DNA of 58,308 bases, filler included, from Dugesia japonica (Eukaryota): assembly GCA_001938525.1 (NCBI GenBank). It is 6 parts of 6 records of this genome, joined end to end, with 100 filler letters (N's around TTAATTAATTAA, not from the genome) between each part and the next. Parts side by side here need not be neighbours in the genome. Positions count along the whole stretch, not along the records: positions 38,329 to 47,162 come from MQRL01620635.1; positions 47,263 to 58,308 come from MQRL01497087.1; 4 more parts are not named here. One strand, given 5' to 3'. The notes beneath the pieces are model-generated. The model was not told the DNA's origin. It did no database searches and saw only the letters and a list, made by a program, of their open reading frames with translations. Numbering within the stretch: position 1 is the stretch's first letter; each line of letters starts with the position of its first letter. Made by a program: the position numbers and the translations under genes. Shown piece by piece: positions 39,431-50,215 of the stretch.

Positions 39431-42298
39431 AGCTCCTGTGATTAATAAAAATAATAAAATTAGATAATAATCAAAAAAGTTTTAAAATTAAAGACAATAA
39501 ACTTTGAACGAATAATTAAAATTCATAATCAAACTTTAAAAATATCGAATAAATGATAAAGTGTGTTCAAAGTTATGATTAATCAAAAGAATTGAATGTC
39601 AAGTAAATTGTCATAAAAATTGTCAAAAAGAAAGAATAATTACTAAACGGGNAAAATTAATAACAAATTATATTGGATGTGAGATTGCATGTGAATACAG
39701 CAAATATATTTAAAATTATTCAACATTATAATTGAAGAAAAACCAAATAAAACTCAAGAATTTATTCTCAATGATAACAATACAACTTAAATAACTTTTT
39801 ATAAAACTAAATAATTTATTAATAATTTTACAAGTTATTACTTGGGGTTACGCCTATAAAGAGAAATATAATTCACAAGATACAATTGCTTAAAAGTGTT
39901 CACACGTTGTCTAGCACCGTTTTAGATCAACGCTCTATTTAAAACTATGGATAAAGGAGAATTTTAATCTTAACTTGTTACTATTGAACAAGGCTTGTAT
40001 TTCTAGATCAATTTAGTTGATCGAAATACAAGAAACCGAAATAGATTTTAAGTAAAATAAAATTTACCTCCAATTGTAATAATTCACAAATTAGTTTATC
40101 TCTAATTCTAACTACTATTTTTTCAAATAATTTCTGTGCGATTAATTTTTTGTCAATTTATGTGTCTCAATGATTATTTCTCTGTTCAAGTAATTTTTTA
40201 AGCCATTAATTTCCGTGCGTAAAATGATTATCTGGTTGCAATTATACATAATTGTACAACCAATCAAATTACGTCTACATGTCCAAATTAGGTGATATCT
40301 AAATGATCACCAATATCACCAAATTTGGACATTTCAATTTTAAACAAATACTACCTCATGTGACTATTACTAGTCACCTTCTTGAATAAATAAATTACTT
40401 GAAACAAAGCCTAATTAAAATATTTATTATTATTATTTAACTTTATTATTATTTTTTTTATTATTACAATTTTTAAAATATTAATATTCATTATTGTCCT
40501 AATAATTTTTTATCGAATACTTATCACTATTATTTATTATTAACAAAATTCTTTATTTAAAATTATTATTATCATATATTTTCTTATTATTTATTAAACA
40601 GATNNNNNNNNNNNNNNNNNNNNNNNNNNNNNNNNNNNNNNNNNNNNNNNNNNATTATCTATTTATTTGTTATTTTATACAGCAATTTATTATTATTTTA
40701 AAACATAAACAGATAAAAACTGGGAGGAGATTCACATAAACCCTCATGTTCAAAAAAAAAGAAAAGAAAATTTCAATGTGAAAAAATTCCTGCATAAAAA
40801 TTTTAGAGATTACCAAATAAAATGACGAACAGTTAATATAGAAATGTGAGGAGTTAATAAAAAGACTTGAGATAATGTTTCCAGTTATTATTTATTAAAT
40901 ATTAATACAAATGATAATAATTTCAATTCGTATTATTTGATGGATTGCTCAATTAATTAAATCATGCTATATGTCGAAATTATATCGTGTTAATTAAAAG
41001 AGTGTACGATAATTAAGAAAAATATTTAAAAAAATTATAAATATAATTAATTAATTTTAAATAAATTATTTGATAAATTTATGAAATTTAAAAAATCAAT
41101 ATTTAATTTCCTATTTCTCAGTTTCTTTCTTCAAAATGATTTTGTTTGAAATTCGAGAAGTAATTAATGTGTGAATAAACTAATTTCAAGTATCGTGATT
41201 ATAGGTTTTTTTGACAATTACTTGCCGGAATATCGTTTGAAAAATTACGAAAAAAGTAAAACAAATGATGACAACGAAAATCGACATTGTCGTTATAAAA
41301 AATACTTTCTCATTAATATGTAAATAATTACAATAAATAGAAATTATTTATTTTTAAATTTTATTTCTTATTTATTCAAACTTTTATACTTGGTTAATAA
41401 AATCTTTTTTTGATTATTAGTTTATGCAAAATTTTTGACGATATTTTCATTGGAAACATTATCTAATGATTATTCAAATAAGCAACTTTCCTATTAATTA
41501 ATTGTTTTAATTAATTAAATTGAAATATTAAAGGAATTATATTATTTAATAAAATTGGTAACTATTTATAGTAATTAAAGAACAAATGTAACCAATTAAT
41601 TTTTTGACGTTAATTTATTATAACAATTTAAAAGATTTGATAGAATTTTTATCTTATGATTCTAACATTTATAGTAACATAATATAATTTTTATATATCA
41701 ATTAAGAAATAAGATAAATCTTCTTATGAAATATTTTTAAAAAAAACAATAAGTTCTATTGACGAACAAAACATTTTTTAAAAACAAAGGTAAAGGGTTT
41801 TTCAGCCTTTAGTAAATATGGAAGCATATACTTCAAAGTTCCTTCAACTCAACGGTGAGATCTTTTTGGTACAACAGTTTCGGTCTTAGAAACCAAATCT
41901 CGTCATATTTCGCTGGTGTGGTTTATAGAAATAATTTCAAAAGACTGTCGAAACCGGAATCTACTAAAAGTGTCCGTACATTGTTACTCAATAATGTCAA
42001 ATTTTGAAAATTTTTAAAAAATCTAAATTTCGGATTTATTACAAAAAAACTTTTACATTAAATTTATTTATTTAATTATGCTTTGAAAATATTATACAAA
42101 AATTTTTAATTCATTATTTTTCAAAATATTTATCCTTAATAACCATAATTAATTTTTTTTGAATTTTCCAATTTTTTTTTAAATACATATTAGTCTACAT
42201 TTGTTAAGAAAGAATATGGGGTTCTTTTTGAAAAAATGTGTATGCCGTATGGAAATGCTAAACACTTCGGCTACTATATATGTCTATTGAAAGTCATA

Positions 42299-43529
42299 CT
42301 AGGTTGAGTTAAAAGCTCCGGACACTTTTTATTTTGAACTATGTTCATTAAAAAAAGCAGCGTTTTTTAAAGTTAATTGTATTATCTATTTTTAAATAGT
42401 AAGCAAATTATCATAAATTTAATTTTAAAAAATTATTTATCATAGAAGCTCACAAAATGGCGGACGAAAAAACCATAATTCGCGGTATCCTGCGTCAGTA
42501 TTAGAAACAGGATTTAAGCCATGAAAATATGTGAAATTGAAGGTCTTGGGTTAGTCTCAACAGTCACCGTAGGAGAATGGTTTTGAAGAATTAATGAAGG
42601 TGATACCAGTCTAGAAGACAAATCACGTTTTGGAAGACAATTGGTGCTGATAAATTAAGGTTTGTTGCAAAAGGTATTCAGCAAAGGCCAGACACCAGCA
42701 CTCGCATACTGGCTTCTCAACTTGGGACGTCTCAATCAACCATTGTTTGAACTTGGTTTTGCAAATTAGAAACCCAGATTTCTTTGTCATGAACTTTCTG
42801 ATCAACAAGCACAACGGAGAGAAGAAATCTTTGGATAATCCTAAAGATAACAGGTTGTGAAGACGAATCATAACTGGCGATGAAAAGTGGATAAATCTCA
42901 GAAATCCTTTTATCAAAAGGCAGTGGCTTCAGCTAGGTCAAACTTCATTATTGTTGGTTAAAAAGGGAAGGTTCAAGCACAAGGTGATGTTATGCATATG
43001 GTGGAATTTTGAGGGTCCTGTATTATGGAAGCTAATTACAGAAGGCCGGACTGTGGATGGAAACCTGTATGCTGAACAATTGGAATGACTTTATGATGTT
43101 CTAGCCACTCGTTATCCAGCTTTAATCAATAGAAAACGGGTTTTTCTGCAGCATGATAATGCTCTAGCCATAACTTTAAAGTGGTAAAGTTTAAGTTAGA
43201 AAAGCTCGATTGAATCGAACAACTATCTCATCCAGCTTATATCCAAAACTTAGCTCCATCAAATTATCATTTATTCCGGCCAATGATTCATTTTTTAATT
43301 AGCAAGAAATTTAATGCAGTAGCAGATGTCGTAAGTGGAGTCCTTGATTTTTTGCAGTCCAAGCCACCAGAATGGTATCAGAAAGAAATCCAAAATTTAG
43401 CTGATAGATGTTTGAAGAATTTATCTAGCGAAGGACTTTATTTTGATGAATAAAGCTTTGATGTTTTTATGACTTTTTTTTCTATATATGTTTAGTTTAA
43501 ATTGCGCGGGAACTTTCGACTCAAACTAG
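42299..43529 (+). mobile_element. Near full-length mariner element (1231 bp), inactive transposase 42457-43453
   Basis: TA duplication on both sides; TIRs ctaggttgagttaaaagctcc vs ctagtttgagtcgaaagttcc; IITGDEKW, KVMLCIWWN, LQHDNALAH, HPAY..LAPSNYHLF, GLYFDE*; several stops and frameshifts. Confidence 0.93.
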
Positions 43530-43599
43530 TACATAAATAACCGATGATCTTTAATTTAATTGCACAATATACAAAATATGTATAAATATACAAAGAAAA

Positions 43600-44809
43600 T
43601 ATTAATTTCTTATATAATGAAATTTCAAAACTGTTTATACATAAACCAACATTACATTTTTACACATGGTTTTTATGATTGACGAACAACTTAGACCATC
43701 GCATCTTCTCTTCTTGTCATTAGGAGTTTTTACGACAAACTTATCTGTTTTAGTGTATCGCACCTCGTTTGAACCTTTCTCAATGGAACGTGGCTTTCTA
43801 ACTCCTTTTGATGATCCTCGAAATTTACATGTGTATGCTGTGCAATTTCTTTCCTTAATTCTAATTGGGACATATTGCTGGTTTTTTCTTTAAGCACGCA
43901 TGCATTATTTATGCAAACATCCGTGATAACATTGGCCAATACCACTTTTTTTTGGATGGTAATCCTACATTTGACCACGTTTTCATTCATTCTGTCAGTC
44001 TTTCCCATGTATTTGTTTCACTCTCCTTTTAGAAAAGGTTTCATAACTTGTATATTTGTTTTTCTTTCAAACCCCATGACAATTTGATGAAACGGATATG
44101 ACAGAACTAGACACCCGCTTGACGATTATTACAGCATATTTCTTGCAAATTGCAGATTTGTATGTTTCTCTTTCAGCCTTACAAATATTTGTTGATTTCG
44201 ACTAAAGTTGTCAATTTCAGGACTTTCTTCTTCTCAAAAGTCTCCATCGGTGAGAATTACTACATCAGATGGAGTAAAAACAATTGCTTCAACCGGATTA
44301 TTTGCACCTCTTTCATCTTCAACATCTCCATATGCTATGTCTAATGCTTCTTTGACCGATAAGTCTTTGGCAAATCGAATCCTCATGTCTCTGAATTTGA
44401 AAATAAAATAACGGTACTAAAAGCAGTACAACTACTTAGTGTAGTCATATGGAAACACATATGTTTAGAAGCTAATTGCAAAATAAATATAAAGAAAATT
44501 ATTCATATTTCTTTAATAATTATTAGCCTCATCTATTAACTTAATATTTTAAACTTATTCATAAAAAATATTAACAAAAAAACTTACCGTTTATATTGCT
44601 CTATGTTTTTTTTCATTGTTACAAACACAGACTTTATTACTATATTTCTTTCAAAAAAATTATTTTTATAACATATATAACACATATCTAGATGAAACTG
44701 TAGGTTAGGTCAAATGAGGATACCGACAGCATTAACGTCAAATAGTAGTGATTTGAAAGTGTGCAAAAACACTGCTGCCATATGGCAACGCAAGGTAAAT
44801 ATGGGTTAA
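43600..44809 (-). mobile_element. Internally deleted piggyBac (PGBD3-like) element
   Basis: 5' terminus TTAA-CCCATATTTACC at 44809; acidic N-terminus (IVFTPSD...TDGD); KYMGKTDRMNENVVKCRI...KKWYW; C-terminal RRCDGLSC...TMCKKCNVGLCI cysteine-rich domain. Confidence 0.85.
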
Positions 44810-45059
44810 AATAAATTTTAAAACCATTACTTTTAATTATTTATAATTACAAATTTTTCTAATTAAAATGTTTAAAGAAAACCAATTCATATATAATTAT
44901 TTTTTAATCCAACTTATTGAAAAAGCAGAATAAAACAAGAGAGATCGACAACATGAATGTTAGATAATAATTCAAATAATTCCAAATAATACACTATAAA
45001 GACAAAATTTCAAGCAAAGCTATGAATCACATTTGATTGTGAAAGAGATAAAGTCGGCA

Positions 45060-45500
45060 ATTTAAAAAACCTATTGAATAATAGATGAAGACGTAATGAT
45101 ATTAAAGAATAATTGTAAAGTTTGGACTGGTTGATCCAGAATGTTGATAATATGTGTGGAAAGAAGTAATACTACAGATAAATGAACAGAAGAAATAAAG
45201 AGACGCTAACAGATAAACAAAGTAGAAAGTTATCATAGAAATGCTCATAAAGAAACATGGAGAAGGAGCTAAAAGAACAAAGCAAACAAAGAGAAGAATG
45301 AAAATGCGATTTATGCTATAAATTTGGTCATAAATAAAGTACTAAAAGAATCACAAAACATACGGATATGCAAGTATTGTCCGAATAAAAAAAGCGACAA
45401 AATGTTTTCATTGTGAAAAAGAAGGTCACATTAAGAATATTATGAAATGTATAGTATGCATAGAAATGGCCATTGAGCCGAGAAATGTTATAAAAATTTT
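45060..45500 (+). mobile_element. Decayed gag with CCHC zinc knuckles
   Basis: KCDLCYKFGH, KCFHCEKEGHIK and a third degenerate knuckle (~45450-45490). Confidence 0.6.
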
Positions 45501-45529
45501 ATATACAGAAAAAGATAATAAATCAAAAT

Positions 45530-45690
45530 GATAATTCTTAAAATAAAGAAAAGTCGAAACTTTGAATTACTAACAACAAGCAAAACATATTTTAAGCAAA
45601 ACAACATTTTGATAAAAAAATTTTAATTTTTTGAAATCTCAAATAAGATCAATAGTTAAGTCTAACAATTATTCTCGCAATAATGGAAAA
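45530..45690 (+). repeat. Dispersed repeat family copy (degenerate hammerhead-like region)
   Basis: gtcgaaactttgaat, then gaaatctcaaat..gatcaatagttaagtctaacaattattctcgcaataat. Confidence 0.55.
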
Positions 45691-46062
45691 TAAAGGTTTT
45701 ACCATGGAACATATCGTTTTAACAGGGAAAATAAACTGTAACAGTCAGAAGAAAATTGTAAAACTCTAAATAAAAATTATTTTACAAATTACTTATAAAT
45801 AATTTGGAACTAGTCAAGTTGAAAAGTTGATGTAATGCTATTGTAAAACATTCAAATGATACTTAAGGGATATTAAAATTAAAATTATTAATTAACTATA
45901 TATTAATATTTTAAATTTATTTTGTTTAAATTCATCGTTTGCATCTAATGAAAACTTTTCAAATTTTTAAACTTAATAGTCACACGGGAAACAGTTGCAC
46001 TCTAATATTAATATTTCTCGGAGAAGATTAAATAATTAATATTGTCCGGAGATTATTCTAAT

Positions 46063-46432
46063 TAGTGAATCACGTTTCCCGGATTATTTTTTGTTCCCGG
46101 GAAACGGGAAATTTGAATTAAATTTTCCCGGGAAAATTTTGCAAATCTTAAGAATAAAAAATCATAAAAGTATTTTTATATTTTTTAATAATCTATGCAG
46201 TAAAATTCAAAAAACAGGTTTTTTATGAGAAAATAATAATGAAAAGAAACATAATCTTTAACAAAAATTTCGTTTGACGATATTTTTGTTTGTTTTTGTT
46301 CCAAACAGAATAGAATAAAATAAACACAAAATAAACCTTTTCAAACAAATATTTTTTTCCCGGGAAAAGAGAAGTCTTTTTTCCCGGGAACGTGAAATAA
46401 ATTTTTAAAAATTTCCCGGGAATGACTTTCTA
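46063..46432. mobile_element. Non-autonomous hAT-type element (370 bp) with perfect 8-bp target site duplication
   Basis: attctaat at 46055-46062 and 46433-46440; termini TAG...CTA with tca..ttcccgg inverted repeat; multiple subterminal ttcccgggaa palindromes. Confidence 0.85.
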
Positions 46433-47162
46433 ATTCTAATGATATATAATAATGATATCCACTGAAAGTATTGAATTATCAATTACTTAATTTTCATTCT
46501 ATTATTTTTAATAGAGAAGTATATAATTATTCAAAGATGAACAGTGTTTTACTACATTTTTTGTCTCAAAAAGACATTTTGCTTATTTTTAGACGACATA
46601 TTTGCATATTTCCGTGACACAATGATTCCAACAAAATAATTGTTTGATTTTATAACTATTTAAGAGGGTTAGTAATGAGAAAAAGAAACACTGAAATAAA
46701 TAAAAACGGTAACTATGAAATTAATTTTAATTATTGTTCTCAATTTGAGTATTTTAATTGGTATTTCAATTAGATAAACCAACTTCCGTTTTCTTCGCGT
46801 ATTTTCCAGTTAAAAATGCTATTCAAGTGTACAATTTCTCGAAAATTCATTTAAATAATCAATAAAATCTAGAAAGATTAAAACAAAATATCCTGATAAA
46901 ATTTTACATTTTGTTTTATTTTTCATTCATTCAGCTTAACAATTTTTATTTAATAAATTTTTTTTTAATTGAAAGGAAAACATCAAAATTAATTTTAAGA
47001 GATTCAGAATTACATTTGACGCAGTTGGAGGATTTTTTTAATTTATTTTCTTTTTTTTCTTATTTTGTTTTTATACAATGTTCAATTTCCATAAAAACTA
47101 TCAGACAATTTCATCAATTAACAGTGAAATTTTAAATAAAATATACCGCTTCTCTGCAATTT

Positions 47163-47262
47163 NNNNNNNNNNNNNNNNNNNNNNNNNNNNNNNNNNNNNN
47201 NNNNNNTTAATTAATTAANNNNNNNNNNNNNNNNNNNNNNNNNNNNNNNNNNNNNNNNNNNN
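47163..47262. other. Artificial assembly spacer
   Basis: N run with central TTAATTAATTAA. Confidence 0.9.
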
Positions 47263-48409
47263 CACATAAATTGATGAACTTCAGTATTTAGTGAATATTT
47301 TCTATTTATTGATAAATTCGATTGATTATTATTATTTAGTAATTCAGAAAAGATAATTTAGAATAAAAGCCAGCAGCCTTTTAGTTACCAAGGTAGCAAT
47401 ATAAACTTCAGAAAATTGTCGAAAACGAATTAAAAATTTTTAAAAACAAAAATTTATATTATAAATGTCTAAGCAAAAGAACGATTATAAATGACTGCAA
47501 TAAATTATTCTTAAAATAACGATAATAATGAGTAGATACTTATAGTATCAATTTGGAATTATGAAAAATTATATTAGAAACATGCCTTAATAAAAATGAG
47601 CAAACGAATAATAAAACACAACATTGCTATAAATTTAATAGTATATATTATACAAAGTTATTTTAAATTGAACATTCTTTCAAGGTTATAATTTGAGCAC
47701 ATTTTAATTTTCGATAAAAAGGCAGGAGTAGTCAATAATTTTCAAAATATTTTAATAATAAATTTTTGTTAATTAATTAATAATGTTTTTTCGGTTTATT
47801 TTCAGTCATCCTTTAGCCGAAACAGATTAGTAAAAATGAATGCTTCTTAAATTTAAAATAATCAATATTTTAGAAAATAAATGTTTATAAATATTTATAG
47901 AAAATATTTATATATCCATGTTCTTGAAATACTCGATCAAAAGGCATTTGATTAAACAAAATTATTTTTTCAAACCACCATTTGGTGTATAATATAATCA
48001 CTTCTCTTTAAAATAAACAGTGCAATTTTTTCAATCGAATTTCTTTTTAGTTGCTATGGTTTCAGTATCCTCGAAAATTCCTAAAATATTAAATCAAATT
48101 TAAGTCAAATGAATTATTTTTTCAATTGAGAATATTCAGGATTTCATCATATAGAAATTTTACTTAACTCCATGAATAGAAGAACCATTATTCATAGAGG
48201 TTTAATTTTTAGATTTGATTTCATAAATTTTCAATTTTTCTTTTAAATCGCTTCCATCGAGTGTTTCTTCTACGACAACAAGAATCCATATCAAAAATAA
48301 AACAAATTGTAAAATTATGGCTCTATTTTTTATTAAAGAAGTTTCTTTTAGGATTTTTTGATACTTGTGGCATGTCTAAAATATTTAATTTATACTTGAT
48401 CGTTGAAAG

Positions 48410-49328
48410 ATTTTGAATTGTAAACGAAAATATCAAAGAAATAAAGTCATTGTTAATGGAAAATAGGCTATTGACTATCAGAGAGATTGTTGAAGATACA
48501 GGAATATCATTTGGAACTGTTCAAACCATTTTGCATGAGGATTTGGGATTGAAACGTGTTGCTGCAAGACTTGTTCCATGTGAATTGAAAATTTTTCAAA
48601 AATTTAGTCGTGTTGAAATTTCTCTAACGTTGATTCTGATGAAACATTTATCAAACGTATAATTTCGGGTGATAAAACGTGGGTGTTTGAGTATGAAACT
48701 CAAACAAAACATCAATCAAGTCAATGGCAGTCTCCGGAAGAGCCAAANNNNNNNNNNNNNNNNNNNNNNNNNNNNNNNNNNNNNNNNNNNNNNNNNNNNN
48801 NNNNNNNNNNNNNNNNNNNNNNNNNNNNNNNNNNNNNNNNNNNNNNNNNNNNNNNNNNNNNNNNNNNNNNNNNNNNNNNNNNNNNNNNNNNNNNNNNNNN
48901 NNNNNNNNNNNNNNNNNNNNNNNNGTGGAGAAATAATTCCTGGATTTTACACCATAACAATGCACCAGCTCACAATGCAATAGTTATTCGAGATTTTTTG
49001 CAAAAATTCAATACAAATATCATCCAACAAGCTTCGAATTCACCAGATATGACTGTTTGCGACTTCTTTCTATTTATTATGCTGAAAAAACCACTTCGAG
49101 GAAAACGTTTTGATACCATGAAGCGAACAAACAAAAAACGAAGGATGTATTGTTCAGTATACCAAAGAAGGAGTTCCAGAAGGTATTTGAAAATTCGATT
49201 ACACGCTGGAATAGGTGCATTGAGGTTAATGGAGACTACTTCGAAGGTGACAATTAAAATTGTGTTGAATAAATAGTTTGTTTCATTTTAAATTGAGTTG
49301 ACCGGGTATTTTTTTGATCATGGTAGTA
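48410..49328 (+). mobile_element. 5'-truncated mariner element, decayed
   Basis: LTIREIVEDTGISFGTVQTILHEDLGLKRVAARLVP, IISGDKTWVFEY, WILHHNNAPAH, SPDMTVCDFFLF, GDYFEGD; TIR-like 3' end ccgggtattttttgatcatggtag-TA. Confidence 0.9.
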
Positions 49329-49419
49329 TAATCAAAATTTAAATAAGTTGATTTTTATTAATATAAGCCTCCTTGTAATATTTTCATTTTCTTTAAAAAT
49401 ATTATTAATAATATTAAAG

Positions 49420-49515
49420 TTTTATAATTACAATTATTGCGAGAATAATTGTTGGACTTAATCATTGATCGCATTTGAGATTTCATTAAAATAAAGTAAT
49501 AGCTTCGATCAAAAT
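49420..49515 (-). repeat. Dispersed repeat family copy (core only)
   Basis: caattattgcgagaataattgttggacttaatcattgatcgcatttgagatttcattaaa, nearly identical to 23975-24040. Confidence 0.65.
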
Positions 49516-50032
49516 ATTTTTTATTTTAATGAAATACTAAGGTTAGTTTATGTGGAAAATTATTAATATTTTTCGGAAGACCAACAATTTTATTTGTCAA
49601 ATTAAAGAAACATTTTAACTTAAATTTCTATTATTTGTTACTTGTTGAAATGTTCATTGATTGGAAATTATTTATAAAATATATTAATAACAATAGCAGA
49701 AATTAAAATAAATGAAGCAACATAATATTTTAAATTTGTCATAAATTATCATTGATTTTAATAATAAGTAATACTCATAAGTAACTTCATTGACATGCCC
49801 ATATTGGAAGTTATAATCAAAAGAATAATCAAATAATACCTCATCAAAAGATATATATAAAGAAACACATGCATCCAATGCATAAATTGAAAATGCATGA
49901 CATATAAGGTTAAGCGATATAATATTGATATAAAAGCACACAATTGTTATTAAAGAAAATCATTTAAATCGTTATTAATAAGTTACATAAGCATGCGTTA
50001 AGCAGAATAACGGTGATCAAGCAACTACTCAC

Positions 50033-50215
50033 TGGTCGGTGATGGATGGGTATATCAAAAGTTGAAGATACCGGTTGAATAGGAGGTTGTGTAATGAAAG
50101 AAGAACCACTGCTCAGCAGCATATTATATTCAGAATAAACATGATTTGCAGTTGATTCAAATGACTGTTGTGATGGAACAGTATTGCGAGGACTGGGTAA
50201 AGATTTGAGGTAAGC
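50033..50215 (-). CDS. Putative internal exon of an unidentified gene (Ser/Pro-rich)
   Basis: GC-elevated island; atatag acceptor and gtgagt donor; 183 nt open in phase 0: AYLKSLPSPRNTVPSQQSFES...DIPIHHRP. Confidence 0.6.

Noticed and set aside
50015-50052. 5S rRNA-like tggatggg motif
   Set aside because: Very short similarity, overlapping a better-supported minus-strand exon.
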